Source: Lama glama
Lineage: Eukaryota
Assembly (NCBI GenBank): GCA_028534125.1
Contig: CM052818.1
Span: 21,516,001 to 21,580,000 of the forward strand
Length of the DNA: 64,000 nucleotides
Reading direction: 5' to 3'
Shown: positions 62,761 to 64,000 of the stretch, piece by piece
Layout of the letters: every line of letters begins with the position of its first letter
Numbering within the stretch: position 1 is the stretch's first letter
Translations under genes and position numbers: made by a program
The notes under the pieces: generated by a model
Told to the model about the DNA's origin: nothing
The model's database searches: none
Seen by the model: only the letters and a program-made list of their open reading frames with translations

Positions 62761-64000
62761 AAAGCAAATAGCCTCTCTCTATGCTGTAGGTACTATTTTT
62801 CAGTCACTAATTGATAAAGATTAAACAATGACACTGGGTCAGCAGGAAGCCATATTTAGAAAATGCATGTACATACATACATAGTACACATAGGACTGTA
62901 GGAAAGCACAACAAAAATCAGAATCAAGAGTTTTACTTCTCAATTACTATGACATAACATTTGTTTTAAGTTAGTTGAATAGTCTCTAAAAAAGATCCTT
63001 TCCTGTCTTTTATTTTCTAATGCTTAAACTCTTATAGAAGATGTTTTAGAATGACATAGCACTTGAACACTGTGCTAAGATCTCCCAAAATGCATAAATT
63101 ATGTTCTTTTAAAATGTATTCAAAAATATTTGGCTTCCTTTTCTTAAAGGGAATCTGTATATAACCGAGAAAACACAAGTATATTCTCATGATATTCAAA
63201 GGTTTATCAGAACTGCCATGACATAGACAAATTTCAAATAAAATAGATTACTATACACCAAAGAGACCATTTACATTTGGTATCACCATTTACTTTACAT
63301 AAGTAGACATATGTATATTAATAAACAATAACCACAAAATAGGAAGTCTTAAGGAAAAAGAGATATACGACTAGAACCAAAACACTGGCTCCTGTGACTG
63401 ATAATGCTATGTCTTTTGATAAACTATGAATATATTGTCAGTTGTCTTTCTCATTCAAATGAAATTTCTTTATCCACATCAGCACAGCAGTTGTGGGCTG
63501 TCGGCCAGGACATTTAAAGAACCTTAAAACAGCTGGATTTTACCCAAAAAAATCCTTTATAACATGGTTGTGCAGTCTCAAATTATACCATGGAATATTA
63601 AACAAGGCAATTTTAAAGAGGAATACCATATAAAACAGTGTGTAAATAGAGTCATATATTTCTAGGATTTGAACTCCACATAACCCTGCTGTATTGGACC
63701 CACTATTTAAAAGGAGATCAGTTAAAATTGGGCTGAATTCTTAACCTTACAAACAGAGTGGGACCACAACTATTAAAATCCTTGGAATAATCTTTAAAAG
63801 AATAGGTTTATTAACTACCTAACAGTATAATCCAGAGAAGGAAGAATCGATCCTCAGTTTATCTTGTGACTAGAAAATGAGATTTTCATAAGTCATATAT
63901 TTAAAAAGATCAGTCTCTGTTCTTTATACTAATATATACACCAGGCCCCCAGCAAGTTCATATGCACTATGGGGACTGTCCTCGTCATCATCTCTTGTTC

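Overview
AT-rich, non-coding mammalian genomic DNA with one 500-N assembly gap (55229-55728). The tRNA-derived SINEs and young L1 3' ends resemble camelid families as I recall them, and I see no Alu, Bov-A/tA, PRE-1 or Can-SINE, so a camelid source is inferred. I cannot support any host protein-coding exon. The only recognisable ORFs are decayed L1 ORF2 and CR1/L3 reverse-transcriptase fragments. Much of the window is layered transposon debris (L1 of several ages, L2, CR1/L3, MIR, MaLR/ERVL/ERV1 LTRs, hAT MITEs). Between the repeats are repeat-free blocks, some CpG-retaining and rich in homeodomain, PBX/MEIS, SOX, POU or FOX motifs, which look like conserved developmental enhancers, probably in a very long intron of a minus-strand gene (inference; gene not identified). 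The best-supported unusual observations are: a ~1 kb micro-inversion (11390-12387) reconstructed from a split L1 and a split MER5; a SINE carrying a 3' extra segment inside its TSD (13681-13916); a three-event L1-endonuclease insertion cluster including a 14-bp near-solo poly(A) insertion (40922-42881); and an L1 with two tandem 3' ends inside one TSD. I found no convincing novel multi-gene system. Repeat subfamily names come from recalled consensus sequences and need Dfam/RepeatMasker confirmation; boundaries of old repeats are approximate.
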